Of a DNA stretch of 53,143 nt, positions 29,433-39,214 are shown piece after piece. The DNA comes from Candidatus Sysuimicrobiota bacterium (GTDB taxonomy: Bacteria; Sysuimicrobiota; Sysuimicrobiia; Sysuimicrobiales; Sysuimicrobiaceae): assembly GCA_040289515.1 (NCBI GenBank), contig PSLI01000010.1, forward strand, positions 1 to 53,143, given 5' to 3'. Below the pieces are notes generated by a model. The model was given only the letters and a program-made list of their open reading frames with translations. It had not been told where the DNA came from and ran no database searches. Numbering within the stretch: the first letter of the stretch is position 1; each line of letters opens with the position of its first letter. A program made the position numbers and the translations under genes.

Positions 29433-32327
29433 CTACCGCCCCGCTACCCCCAGACCCACAGCCTTGCGCTCCAGCCGGCGGCGCGCCTCCTCCACACGCT
29501 CGGGGTCCAGGACCCTGCGCAGGAACTGACCTGTGTAGGAGCGGTCCTGTAAAGCCACCTCCTCGGGGGTGCCCTCCGCCACCACCCAGCCGCCCAGTTC
29601 CCCGCCCTCAGGGCCCAGGTCGATGATCCAGTCCGCGGTCTTGATGACGTCCAGGTTGTGCTCGATGACCACCACCGTGTTGCCCGCGTCCACCAACCGA
29701 TGCAGGACCTGCAGCAGCCGCTCCACGTCCGCGAAGTGCAGCCCCACGGTGGGCTCGTCCAGGATGTACAGAGTGCGGCCGGTGTCCCGGCGCGATAGCT
29801 CCGCGGCCAGCTTCACCCGCTGGGCCTCGCCCCCCGACAGGGTGGTGGCGGGCTGGCCCAGCTGGATATAGCCCAGGCCCACGTCCTGAAGGGTCTGCAG
29901 CTTCCGGCGCAGGCGGGGTACGGCGGAGAAGAACTCCAGGGCCTCGTCCACCGTCATCTCCAGGACGTCTGCGATGCTCTTGCCCCGGTACAGGACCTGC
30001 AAGGTCTCCCGGTTGTAGCGCTTGCCCTTGCACACCTCGCAGGGCACGTACACGTCCGGCAGGAAGTGCATCTCGATGCGCACGATCCCGTCGCCCTCAC
30101 ACGCCTCACACCGCCCTCCCCGCACGTTGAAGGAGAACCGCCCGGGCCCGTAGCCGCGCATGCGGGCCTCGGGGGTGGAGGCGAACAGCTCCCGGATCAG
30201 GTCGAAGGTTTTGGTGTAGGTGGCGGGGTTGCTGCGGGGCGTCCGTCCGATGGGAGACTGGTCAATCTCGATGACCTTGTCCACCTGTTCCCAGCCCTCC
30301 AGCCGGTCGTGGGTGCCGGGACGCACACGCGTCCCCATCACCTTCTGCGCCAGGGCGCGGTACAGGATCTCGTCCACCAGGGTGGACTTCCCAGAGCCCG
30401 ACACCCCCGTGACGCACACGAACAGCCCCAGGGGAAAGGCCACGTCGATGCCCTTCAGGTTGTGCTCCCTGGCCCCGCGCACCAGCAGCCACTGGCCCCG
30501 CGGGGGGCGCCGCCGGCTCGGTACGGGGATGCGGCGCTCCCCGCACAGGTACCGACCCGTGATGGACCGCTTCTCCCCAATCACGTCCTCCAGGGTGCCG
30601 CTGACCACGATCTCGCCCCCGTGCTTGCCGGCCCCCGGCCCGATGTCCACGATCCAGTCCGCGGCCCGGATGGTGTCCTCGTCGTGCTCCACCACGATGA
30701 TGGTGTTGCCCAGATCCCGCAGCCGCTTGAGGGTATCGATGAGGCGGTGGTTGTCCCGCTGGTGCAGGCCGATGCTGGGCTCGTCCAGCACGTACAGGAC
30801 CCCCATGAGCCCGGAGCCGATCTGGGTGGCCAGGCGGATCCGCTGCGCCTCCCCGCCCGAGAGGGTGTTGGCCATGCGGTCCAGGGTCAGGTAGTCCAGC
30901 CCCACGTTCACCAGGAAGCCCAGCCGCGCGCGGATCTCCTTCAGCACCTGGTGCGCGATGAGCTCCTCCCGCTCGGACAGGTGCAGGTTCTCGAAGAACT
31001 CCAGGCACTGGCGCACCGTCAGGGCGGTCACCTCCGCGATGTTGCGCCCGCCCACCCGCACGCTCAGGCTCTCCCGCTTCAGCCGCGCGCCCCGGCACTC
31101 CGGGCAGGGCACCAGGCTCATGTACCGCTCGATTTCCTCCTTCACCGCCTCGGAGTCCGTCTCCCGGTAGCGGCGCTCCAGGTGGTGCACCACGCCCTCA
31201 AAGGAGGTCTCGTAGGACCGGAGGATGCCGTAGCGGTTGTGGTAGCGCAGCCGGATGGGCCGGTCCGACCCGTACAGGAGCGCCCGCACGAAGGAGCGGG
31301 GCAGCTGACGCAACGGGGCCTGCCAGTCCACCCCGTAGGCCTGGGCCAGGGCCCGCAACACCTGCGGGTAGTACTCCGCGGTGCTGTTGGCCCACGGGAC
31401 CACCGCTCCCTCCGCCAGCGACTTGTCGGGGTCTAGCACCAGGTCCGGGTCCACCTCCTGCCGGTAGCCCAGCCCGGAGCACTTGGGGCACGCCCCGTAG
31501 GGGCTGTTGAAGGAGAAGATGCGGGGCTCCACCTCCGGCAGGGTGGTGCCGTGCTCGGGGCACGCGAAGGCGGTGGAGAAAGTGAGCAGCTCGCCGTCGG
31601 GGGACTCGGTCTCCCGCCACACGTACACCAGGCCCTGACCCAGCTTGAGAGCCGTCTCCACGGAATCGTGCAGCCGCGACCGGATCTCCGGCTTGGTCAC
31701 CAGCCGGTCCACCACCACCTCGATGTCGTGCTTGCGGTTTTTGTCCAGCGGGATGGGTTCCGTCAGCTCGTACAGCACGCCGTCCACCCGCACCCGAGCG
31801 AAGCCTTGCCGGCGCAGGTCCTCGAACAGCTGCCGGTACTCCCCCTTGCGCCCGCGCACCACGGGGCCCAGGACGTGGATGCGGCTGCCCTCCGGAAGGC
31901 CAAGGACCCGGTCCACGATCTGTTCGGGGGTCTGCCGCGCGATGGGCCGGTCACACTGGGGGCAGTGGGGCTGCCCGATGCGGGCGAACAGCAGCCGCAG
32001 GTAGTCGTAGATCTCCGTGACCGTGCCCACGGTGGAGCGCGGGTTGCGGGGAGCGCCCTTCTGGTCAATGGACACCGCGGGGGACAGCCCCTCGATGGCG
32101 TCCACGTCCGGCTTCTCCATGAGGCCCAGGAACTGGCGGGCGTACGCGGACAGGCTCTCCACGTACTTCCGCTGGCCCTCCGCGTAGATGGTGTCGAAGG
32201 CCAGGGTGGACTTCCCGGACCCGGAAATCCCCGTGAACACCACCAGCTTGCCCCGGGGGATCTCCACCGTTACGTTCTTCAGGTTGTGCTCCCGTGCTCC
32301 GCGGACGACGATACGGTCCAGCGGCAT
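29433..32327 (-). CDS. uvrA: Excinuclease ABC subunit A
   Basis: [17 protein letters not shown], zinc fingers, [12 protein letters not shown] and [12 protein letters not shown]; start ATG 32327. Confidence 0.98.
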   Translation of the reverse strand: MPLDRIVVRGAREHNLKNVTVEIPRGKLVVFTGISGSGKSTLAFDTIYAEGQRKYVESLSAYARQFLGLMEKPDVDAIEGLSPAVSIDQKGAPRNPRSTVGTVTEIYDYLRLLFARIGQPHCPQCDRPIARQTPEQIVDRVLGLPEGSRIHVLGPVVRGRKGEYRQLFEDLRRQGFARVRVDGVLYELTEPIPLDKNRKHDIEVVVDRLVTKPEIRSRLHDSVETALKLGQGLVYVWRETESPDGELLTFSTAFACPEHGTTLPEVEPRIFSFNSPYGACPKCSGLGYRQEVDPDLVLDPDKSLAEGAVVPWANSTAEYYPQVLRALAQAYGVDWQAPLRQLPRSFVRALLYGSDRPIRLRYHNRYGILRSYETSFEGVVHHLERRYRETDSEAVKEEIERYMSLVPCPECRGARLKRESLSVRVGGRNIAEVTALTVRQCLEFFENLHLSEREELIAHQVLKEIRARLGFLVNVGLDYLTLDRMANTLSGGEAQRIRLATQIGSGLMGVLYVLDEPSIGLHQRDNHRLIDTLKRLRDLGNTIIVVEHDEDTIRAADWIVDIGPGAGKHGGEIVVSGTLEDVIGEKRSITGRYLCGERRIPVPSRRRPPRGQWLLVRGAREHNLKGIDVAFPLGLFVCVTGVSGSGKSTLVDEILYRALAQKVMGTRVRPGTHDRLEGWEQVDKVIEIDQSPIGRTPRSNPATYTKTFDLIRELFASTPEARMRGYGPGRFSFNVRGGRCEACEGDGIVRIEMHFLPDVYVPCEVCKGKRYNRETLQVLYRGKSIADVLEMTVDEALEFFSAVPRLRRKLQTLQDVGLGYIQLGQPATTLSGGEAQRVKLAAELSRRDTGRTLYILDEPTVGLHFADVERLLQVLHRLVDAGNTVVVIEHNLDVIKTADWIIDLGPEGGELGGWVVAEGTPEEVALQDRSYTGQFLRRVLDPERVEEARRRLERKAVGLGVAGR

Positions 32328-32340
32328 AGCCCCTCCCGAC

Positions 32341-32775
32341 CTATGACGGCGTGCAGGCCCCCACGGGTACCTCCCGCATAACCTCCTCCAGCTCCACCAA
32401 AACGGCCTCCTCGGGCTCCGCCATGAGCTCCACCTGGTTCCCGAAGGGGTCCCAGCAGAAGAACCGGCGCACCCCTGGTCGGGGCGGCGCTTCCTGAATG
32501 CGGATCCCATGGGCCCGCAGCCGGCTGCGCGCAGCTTCCAGGTCGTCCACCTGGAAGCAAACGTGGCGGCGCGAAGCCGGGCTTCCCGCCCCCTCCTCCA
32601 CGCCCACGTGGATCTCGCAGTTGGAGGTCCAGAACCACACCCCGCCCCGCGCGGCCAGGGAGGACGGCTTGGGAATTTCCTGCAGGCCCAGCAGGTGTCC
32701 GTAGAACCAGCGGGCCTGTGTCTCCCCGCCCGGGGGGCAGGTGACGTGCACATGGTCGACCCGCACTACCCTCAT
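32341..32775 (-). CDS. VOC (glyoxalase/bleomycin-resistance) family protein
   Basis: [50 protein letters not shown] 32775 after GGAGGGAGGAG. Confidence 0.9.
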   Translation of the reverse strand: MRVVRVDHVHVTCPPGGETQARWFYGHLLGLQEIPKPSSLAARGGVWFWTSNCEIHVGVEEGAGSPASRRHVCFQVDDLEAARSRLRAHGIRIQEAPPRPGVRRFFCWDPFGNQVELMAEPEEAVLVELEEVMREVPVGACTPS

Positions 32776-32789
32776 GCTCCTCCCTCCCC

Positions 32790-34910
32790 TCACACCCTCG
32801 AGGGCGACCGGCGGATGCGGCCCTTGTGGCCTCCGCGGCGGCGGCCCGAGAAGAAGGGCTCCCCGAGGCCCTTTTTGAGCTCCGCGATCTGGTCCCGCAG
32901 CCGCGCGGCCTTCTCGAACTCCAGGTTGGCCGCGGCTTGCCGCATCTCCCGCTCCAGGCGGTCCACGGTGGCCTGCAGCTCCTCGGGGCTCAGCAGCAGA
33001 AGCCGCGCCACGTCCCACGGGACCGTGGCCTCGTGCTCCTCCACCAGGTGCAAAAGCTCCTCCGCGGTCAACAGCTCCCCCGAGCGGGGCCGGTACTCGG
33101 AGCTTTTCTCGGCCACCTGGTCCAGCTCGATGAGGTCCCGGATGGGCTTCCGCACCGTCTGGGGCGTGATGCCGTGCTCCTCGTTGTACCGCAGCTGGAT
33201 CTGGCGGCGGCGGTTGGTCTCCTCGATGGCGCGCCGCATGGACTCCGTGACCTCGTCCGCGTACAGGATCACCCGCCCGGACACGTTGCGGGCGGCCCGG
33301 CCCATGGTCTGGATGAGGGCCGTCTCCGAACGTAGGTAGCCCTCCCGGTCCGCGTCCAGCACCGCCACCAAGGACACCTCCGGCAGGTCCAGCCCCTCCC
33401 GCAGGAGGTTCACGCCCACCAGCACGTCGTAGGTGCCCAGACGCAGGTCCTTGAGAATCTGCACCCGCTCCAGGGTGTCAATCTCGGAGTGCAGGTAGTG
33501 CACCTTCAGCCCCATCTCCTGCAGGTAGGCGGTCAGGTCCTCCGCCATGCGCTTGGTCAGGGTGGTGACCAGGGTCCGCTCCCCTCGCTCCACCTGGGCG
33601 CGGATCTCCGCCAGCAGGTCGTCCACCTGTCCCCGGGCGGGCCGCACCTCCACCTGCGGGTCCACTAGACCCGTGGGGCGCACGATCTGCTCCACCACCC
33701 GGCTGCTCACCTCCAGCTCGAAAGGCCCGGGGGTGGCGGAGACGAACACGCACTGGCAGATCAGCTGCTCGAACTCGTCCCACCGCAGGGGCCGGTTGTC
33801 GTACGCGGAGGGAAGCCCCCAGCCGTAGTCCACCAGGTTCTTCTTGCGGGCCCGGTCGCCCTCATGCATGCCCTTGATCTGCGGCACGGTGACGTGGGAC
33901 TCGTCGATGAACATCAGGGAGTCACGGGGGAAGTAGTCCAGCAGGCAGCCCGGACGCTCCCCGGGAGCGCGGCCGTCCAGGTGCCGGGAGTAGTTCTCGA
34001 TCCCTGGGCAGTAGCCGGTCTCCCGCAGCAGTTCCATGTCGTAGCGGGTGCGGAACTCCAGACGCTGGGCCTCCAGCAGCTTGCCCTGCGCGCGGAAGAA
34101 GGCCAGCCGCTCCTGCAGCTCCGCCTCGATGCTGCGCAGGGCCCGCTCCAGGCGCTCCTCCGTGGTGACCCAGTGCTTGGCGGGCCAGATGGCCACCGCG
34201 GGCTTTTCCTCCAGAACCTCCCCCGTGAGGGGATCCAGCTCCAGGATGCGGTCCACCTCGTCCCCGAAGAGCTCCACCCGCACCGCGCGATCTTCGTAGC
34301 TGGGGAACACCTCGATGACGTCCCCCCGCACCCGGAACCGACCCCGGGCGAAGTCCACGTCGTTGCGCTCGTACTGCACGTCCACCAGCCGCCGGAGGAT
34401 CTCCTCCCGAGTCCGGCGCTCCCCCCGGCGCAGCACCAGCACCACCTCCCGGTAGTCCTCCGGCCGGCCCAGGCCGTAGATGCAGGACACGGAGGCTACC
34501 ACGATCACGTCCCGGCGCTCCATGAGGGCTTTGGTGGTGGCGTGCCGCAGGCGGTCGATCTCCTCGTTGATGCTGGCGTCCTTGGCGATGTACAGGTCCG
34601 TCTGCGGGACGTACGCCTCGGGCTGGTAGTAGTCGTAGTAGGACACGAAGTACCGCACTGCGTTGTGGGGGAAGAACTGACGGAACTCCGCGTACAGCTG
34701 CGCCGCCAGGGTCTTGTTGTGGGCGATCACCAGGGTGGGCCGCTGGACCCGCTCGATCACCCGGGCCATGGTGTACGTCTTTCCGGACCCCGTGACCCCC
34801 AGCAGGGTGGTGTATTTGTGGCCCGCCTGTAGGCTGTCCACCAGCTGCTCGATGGCCCTGGGCTGGTCGCCCCGCGGCGGAAGGTCGGTGACCATCTGGA
34901 ACCGGCTCAC
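32790..34910 (-). CDS. uvrB: Excinuclease ABC subunit B
   Basis: [45 protein letters not shown]-terminal UVR domain; GTG 34910; TATAAT at 34939-34944. Confidence 0.98.
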   Translation of the reverse strand: MSRFQMVTDLPPRGDQPRAIEQLVDSLQAGHKYTTLLGVTGSGKTYTMARVIERVQRPTLVIAHNKTLAAQLYAEFRQFFPHNAVRYFVSYYDYYQPEAYVPQTDLYIAKDASINEEIDRLRHATTKALMERRDVIVVASVSCIYGLGRPEDYREVVLVLRRGERRTREEILRRLVDVQYERNDVDFARGRFRVRGDVIEVFPSYEDRAVRVELFGDEVDRILELDPLTGEVLEEKPAVAIWPAKHWVTTEERLERALRSIEAELQERLAFFRAQGKLLEAQRLEFRTRYDMELLRETGYCPGIENYSRHLDGRAPGERPGCLLDYFPRDSLMFIDESHVTVPQIKGMHEGDRARKKNLVDYGWGLPSAYDNRPLRWDEFEQLICQCVFVSATPGPFELEVSSRVVEQIVRPTGLVDPQVEVRPARGQVDDLLAEIRAQVERGERTLVTTLTKRMAEDLTAYLQEMGLKVHYLHSEIDTLERVQILKDLRLGTYDVLVGVNLLREGLDLPEVSLVAVLDADREGYLRSETALIQTMGRAARNVSGRVILYADEVTESMRRAIEETNRRRQIQLRYNEEHGITPQTVRKPIRDLIELDQVAEKSSEYRPRSGELLTAEELLHLVEEHEATVPWDVARLLLLSPEELQATVDRLEREMRQAAANLEFEKAARLRDQIAELKKGLGEPFFSGRRRGGHKGRIRRSPSRV

Positions 34911-34975
34911 GGCGGCGTCCCCCTCGGCGTGACAGTTGATTATAGCCGCAACCGCCCCGGCCCTTCCACGCACCC

Positions 34976-35581
34976 TCACGGGTCCTGCACCAACTGCTCC
35001 CACAGGCGTCGTACCTGACTCGCGGTGTGGTGCAGGTCCCCGTCGTTATTTACCACCCACCGGGCGAAGCTCAGCTTCTCCCGCAGGGGACGCTGTGCTT
35101 CTAGCCTGCGGGCGGCCGCCTCCTCGCTGAGGCCGTCCCGCTCCCGCAGCCGCCGCAGCTGGGTCTGCGGGGAGGCGTACACCACGATGCCAGGCAGGGA
35201 CTCCAGCTCGGGCAAAGGGACGTCGAACAGAAGCGGCACGTCCAGGATCACCACCGCGTCCGGGCGGCTGCGGCGGATGCGCTCCAGCTCCTCCCGCATG
35301 CGGTCCTGAACCCGGGGGTGTACGATGGCGTTCAACCGGGCCCGGCGCTCCGGGTCCGAGAACACCAGCTCCGCCAGGCGCTTGCGATCCAGGTCTCCGG
35401 AGGGCAGCAGGACCTCCGTCCCGAAGGCGGCCACGATCTCGTCCAGCGCTGGACTTCCCTGGGACACCACCTCCCGGCTGAGGCAATCGGCATCCACCAC
35501 CTCCGCCCCCAGCTCCTGCAGCATCCGGGCCACGGTAGTCTTGCCGCTCGCGATCCCGCCGGTAAGGGTCACCAGCTTCAT
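34976..35581 (-). CDS. coaE: Dephospho-CoA kinase
   Basis: [45 protein letters not shown] 35581. Confidence 0.95.
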   Translation of the reverse strand: MKLVTLTGGIASGKTTVARMLQELGAEVVDADCLSREVVSQGSPALDEIVAAFGTEVLLPSGDLDRKRLAELVFSDPERRARLNAIVHPRVQDRMREELERIRRSRPDAVVILDVPLLFDVPLPELESLPGIVVYASPQTQLRRLRERDGLSEEAAARRLEAQRPLREKLSFARWVVNNDGDLHHTASQVRRLWEQLVQDP

Positions 35582-36519
35582 GCGAAGCGGCCGTCGTCCA
35601 GCTCCACCAGGTCTCCTGCCCGCACGCGGCCGGCCCGCAGGACCCGGGCGTACGCCCGGGCCTGACCGGGGTAGCGCTCCGGGTGCACCCGGGTGATGTC
35701 CCCGTCCCAGAAGTTGTGACGGATGGTGGCGCACGGGGTGGTGTACCGGGTCACCTCCAGCTCCACCTCCCCGATCCGCAATCGCGATCCTGGTTTTACC
35801 CGTGCCCAGTCCAGACCCGCCACCGTCACGTTCTCCCCAAGGCTGCCGGGCCACACCGGGTGCCCCTCCTCCCGAAGCCGGTGCAGCACCTCCAGGGAGA
35901 ACAGACACACCGCACGCTCCGGGCCCCCGTGGTGACGGGTGTCCTTGTGCAGGTCCCCGGAAAGCCCCTCCGGGCCCACCTCGGCTTCCAGCACCGGGTT
36001 CTTGGGGACACCTCCCGCGGAGGTGTTCAGACGGTAGACCACGCCCCATCTGCCAGCCAGCTCCACCACGTGCCCACCTTCCAGGCGCCTGGCGGTCCCG
36101 TCGAAACGGAACTGGCCCCACACCCGCTTCCCGGCAAGCACCCGCGGAAGCCAGTAGGGGTCGCCCTCCCACATGTCCTCCAGGGGTAGGTCCTCCTGTG
36201 GGTGCCACCGGAGGGTCCCCTCCCGGCCCTCCATGACCGAACCGGAGAACTCCCCGCAGGTGAACACGTACACCCCCCAGGGCGGGGGCCCACCCGTCCC
36301 GAAGCGGAAGTGCAGCAGGGCCGCAAACCGCAGCCGGTGCGCGCGCAAGCCCGTTTCCTCCCACACCTCCCGGCGCGCGCCCTCCTCGGGGTCCTCCCCC
36401 GGGAGCAGCTTGCCGCCGGGACCGTTCCATTTGCCCCCGCCCCACAGCCCCTCCGCTTTGCGCAGCAGCAGCACGCGGCCGTCCCGCACCGGAAAGCAAA
36501 GGGTGGCGTACGTGGTCAC
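35578..36519 (-). CDS. Fusion of an MTH1-like Nudix hydrolase (N-terminal) and a YiiM-like MOSC domain (C-terminal), 313 aa
   Basis: Nudix box GGKLLPGEDPEEGARREVWEETGL with KWNG and MWEGDPYWLP; MOSC GLSGD, HHGGPERAV, PGSLGENVT, LRIG, TTPC, YARVLRAGRVRAGD; one frame, GTGA/ATGA coupling to polA and coaE. Confidence 0.9.
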   Translation of the reverse strand: MTTYATLCFPVRDGRVLLLRKAEGLWGGGKWNGPGGKLLPGEDPEEGARREVWEETGLRAHRLRFAALLHFRFGTGGPPPWGVYVFTCGEFSGSVMEGREGTLRWHPQEDLPLEDMWEGDPYWLPRVLAGKRVWGQFRFDGTARRLEGGHVVELAGRWGVVYRLNTSAGGVPKNPVLEAEVGPEGLSGDLHKDTRHHGGPERAVCLFSLEVLHRLREEGHPVWPGSLGENVTVAGLDWARVKPGSRLRIGEVELEVTRYTTPCATIRHNFWDGDITRVHPERYPGQARAYARVLRAGRVRAGDLVELDDGRFA

Positions 36520-39164
36520 GCCTGCCTCCCTCCTGACGCGGCCAACCCGGAAGACACCGTGGCAAAGGGCTGCAGGTCGCTCCAGTTGGGGCCCACCCGC
36601 AGCTCCACCTGGATGGGGACCGACAGGGGCAGGGCGTGCACCATGATGTCCGCCGCTTGCCGGCCCAGGGCCTCCGCCTGATCCGGGTCCAGCTCGAAGA
36701 CCAACTCGTCGTGGACCTGCAGGATCATGTGCGCCCCGGGGAAGCGGGGCAAAACCTCCCGGTGGATCCGGATCATGGCCAGCTTGATGAGGTCCGCCTG
36801 GCTGCCCTGGATGGGAGTGTTGATGGCCACCCGCTCTGCCGCCTCCCGCACCACCCGGTTGCGGCTGTGCAGGTCCGCAAGGTACCGGCGCCGGCCCAGG
36901 AGGGTGCTCACGTAGCCGGTGCGGCGGGCTTCCTCCACAGTGCGCCACACGTACGCCCGCACGCCAGGATAGCGGGCGAAGTAGCGCTGGATGTACGCGT
37001 CCGCCTCCGCCGGGGTCACCCCCATCTGCTGGCCCAGGCCGTAGCCGCTGATGCCGTACGCGATGCCAAAGTTGATGGCCTTGGCCCGGCGGCGGTGCTC
37101 GGGGCTGAGCTGGTCCCGGGGCAGCCCGAACACCTCCGCCGCCACCTCCGCGTGGATGTCCCGCCCCGCCCGGAACACCTCCTGCAGGGCCGCATCCCCG
37201 CTCATGTGGGCCAGCAGGCGCAGCTCGATCTGGTTGTAGTCCGCGCTCAGCAGAACGCGGCCCGGCGGTGCCACGAAGGCGCGGCGGATCCGGCGGCCCT
37301 CCTCCGTCCGCACGGGGATGTTCTGCAGATTTGGGTCCTGGGAGCTGAGGCGGCCGGTGGCGGCCACCGTCTGGTTGAAGGTGGTGTGCACGCGGCCCGT
37401 GTGCGGGTTCACCAAGCGCGGGAGCACCTCCACGTACGTGGACAGCAGCTTGCTGAGCTCCCGGTGCTGGACGATCCTGGCCACCACGGGATGGTGGGGG
37501 GCGAGAGCTTCCAGCACGTCCGCGTCGGTGGAGTAGCCCGTCTTGGTCTTCTTCAGGGGGGGCAGGCCCAGCTTCTCGAACAACACGAAGGCCAGCTGCT
37601 TGGGCGAGCCCAAGTTGAACTCCAGGCCCGCCAGCTGGTAGATCTCCGAGGCCAGGGCCTCCAGCCGTGCCCGCAGCTCTTCGGCCAGCTCACGCAGGTA
37701 GGAGACGTCCACCGCCACCCCGGCCATCTCCATGTCCGCCAGCACCGGGACCAGGGGCATTTCGATCTCGCGGTAGATCCGCTCCCCCTCCCGCTCCTGC
37801 AGGGCTGCCCGCAGCCGCGGGGTCACCCGCTGCAGCGCATCCGCCTCCTCGCAGGCGCGTTCCCACGAACCCCGCAGGGCAGCCAGCCCCTGCCCGTCCT
37901 CCCCCAGACGCCAGCCGATCTGCTCCCACGCCACCGTTTCCAGGTCGTGGCTGCGGCGACCCGGATTCAGCACGTACGAGGCAATACCTACGTCGAAGCG
38001 AAACCCGCGGGGGTTCAGGCCGGCCCGGCGCAGGCGGATCAGGTCCGCCTTGGCGTCCTGGCTGATCTTGCCCACCGCCTCCGACTCCAGCAGGCCCACC
38101 AGAGGCGGCGGGAACCCGGCCTCCACGGATACGTACACCGCATGCCCGGGCCGATCTGACACGGCCACGCCCCGCACGGACCCCTCCATGGGCTTGCCCT
38201 CCGCGTCCAGGCTCAACGCCACCTCCCGGAGCGCCTGCCAGCGCTGCAGGCTCGCGGGTTCTACCCGCTCGTAGCGACCGCGCTCCTGCACCGCGCCCAC
38301 CCCGAGCCGCTCCAGCAGGCTCTTGAACTCTAGCTCCCGGAACAGAGCTTCGACCCGCTGCCGGTCGTACGGCCGCACCCGCAAGGCCTCCCAGTCCACG
38401 GAGGTGGGTACGTCCCCGACCACGGTGGCCAGGCGTTTGTTCTGCAGCACCACCTCCACGTTCTCCCGCAGCCGGTCCTGCAGCCTCGGGGGGGCTTCCT
38501 GCAGGTGCTCCAGCAGGGCCTCCACCGAGCCAAAGCGCCGCACCAGCTCCGAGGCGGTTTTGTCCCCAACCCCCGGCACGCCCGGCAGGTTGTCCGTGGG
38601 GTCGCCCCGCAGCGCCTTGAAGTCCGGGAGCTGCTGCGGCTCCAGGCCGAACCGGCGCCGCACCGCCTCCCGGTCGTACGAGGTTGTCTCGCTGATCCCG
38701 CGGCTGGTGACCATCACCGTGGTGCGGTCGCTGGCCACCTGCAGGAGGTCCAGATCCCCCGTCACCACCACCACCCGGAAGCCCGCCTCCTCCGCCCGCC
38801 GCGCCAGGGTAGCAATCACGTCGTCAGCCTCGTAGCCGGCTACCTCAAACACGGGCACCCGGAAGGCGTCCACCACCTCCTTGACCCGCTGCATCTGGGA
38901 CCGCAGGTCGTCAGGCATGACGGGCCGGGTGGCCTTGTAGGCGGCAAAGTCCTCATGGCGAAAGGTGGGGGAGGGCCGGTCGAAGGCCACGGCCAGGTGG
39001 GTGGGTTTTTCCTCCTCCAGCACCTTCAGGAGCATGTTGGTGAAACCGTAGATGGCGTTGGTGGGCTGGCCGTCGCTGGTGGTGAAGTACGGGAGGGCAT
39101 AGAAGGCCCGGTATACCAGACCGTTGCCATCCAGCAGCACCAGCTTGGGCGGGGAGTCCTCCAC
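36516..39164 (-). CDS. polA: DNA polymerase I
   Basis: LLDGNGLVYRAFYAL, GYEADD, TGRLSSQDPNLQNIP, SADYNQIELR, AKAINFGIAYG, QVHDELVFE; GTG 39164 lies 7 nt after TACAAT. Confidence 0.97.
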   Translation of the reverse strand: MEDSPPKLVLLDGNGLVYRAFYALPYFTTSDGQPTNAIYGFTNMLLKVLEEEKPTHLAVAFDRPSPTFRHEDFAAYKATRPVMPDDLRSQMQRVKEVVDAFRVPVFEVAGYEADDVIATLARRAEEAGFRVVVVTGDLDLLQVASDRTTVMVTSRGISETTSYDREAVRRRFGLEPQQLPDFKALRGDPTDNLPGVPGVGDKTASELVRRFGSVEALLEHLQEAPPRLQDRLRENVEVVLQNKRLATVVGDVPTSVDWEALRVRPYDRQRVEALFRELEFKSLLERLGVGAVQERGRYERVEPASLQRWQALREVALSLDAEGKPMEGSVRGVAVSDRPGHAVYVSVEAGFPPPLVGLLESEAVGKISQDAKADLIRLRRAGLNPRGFRFDVGIASYVLNPGRRSHDLETVAWEQIGWRLGEDGQGLAALRGSWERACEEADALQRVTPRLRAALQEREGERIYREIEMPLVPVLADMEMAGVAVDVSYLRELAEELRARLEALASEIYQLAGLEFNLGSPKQLAFVLFEKLGLPPLKKTKTGYSTDADVLEALAPHHPVVARIVQHRELSKLLSTYVEVLPRLVNPHTGRVHTTFNQTVAATGRLSSQDPNLQNIPVRTEEGRRIRRAFVAPPGRVLLSADYNQIELRLLAHMSGDAALQEVFRAGRDIHAEVAAEVFGLPRDQLSPEHRRRAKAINFGIAYGISGYGLGQQMGVTPAEADAYIQRYFARYPGVRAYVWRTVEEARRTGYVSTLLGRRRYLADLHSRNRVVREAAERVAINTPIQGSQADLIKLAMIRIHREVLPRFPGAHMILQVHDELVFELDPDQAEALGRQAADIMVHALPLSVPIQVELRVGPNWSDLQPFATVSSGLAASGGRQA

Positions 39165-39214
39165 GCCGCCGATTGTACCTTCCCCAGAGGCCGCCGGGCA
39201 GTGCCCGGGCAGCC

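Noticed and set aside
32328..32753. Long N-terminal extensions in the ORF track for uvrA, and likewise polA, coaE, gatB, gabT, rpoN, livF and livM
   Set aside because: The extensions overlap real upstream genes in another frame; homology motifs and RBS or -10 signals place the starts downstream. No evidence for frameshifting or fusion.
34911..34975. SOS box upstream of uvrB (also checked uvrA and uvrC)
   Set aside because: No GAAC-N4-GTTC or CTGT-N8-ACAG pattern; only a TATAAT -10 is visible.
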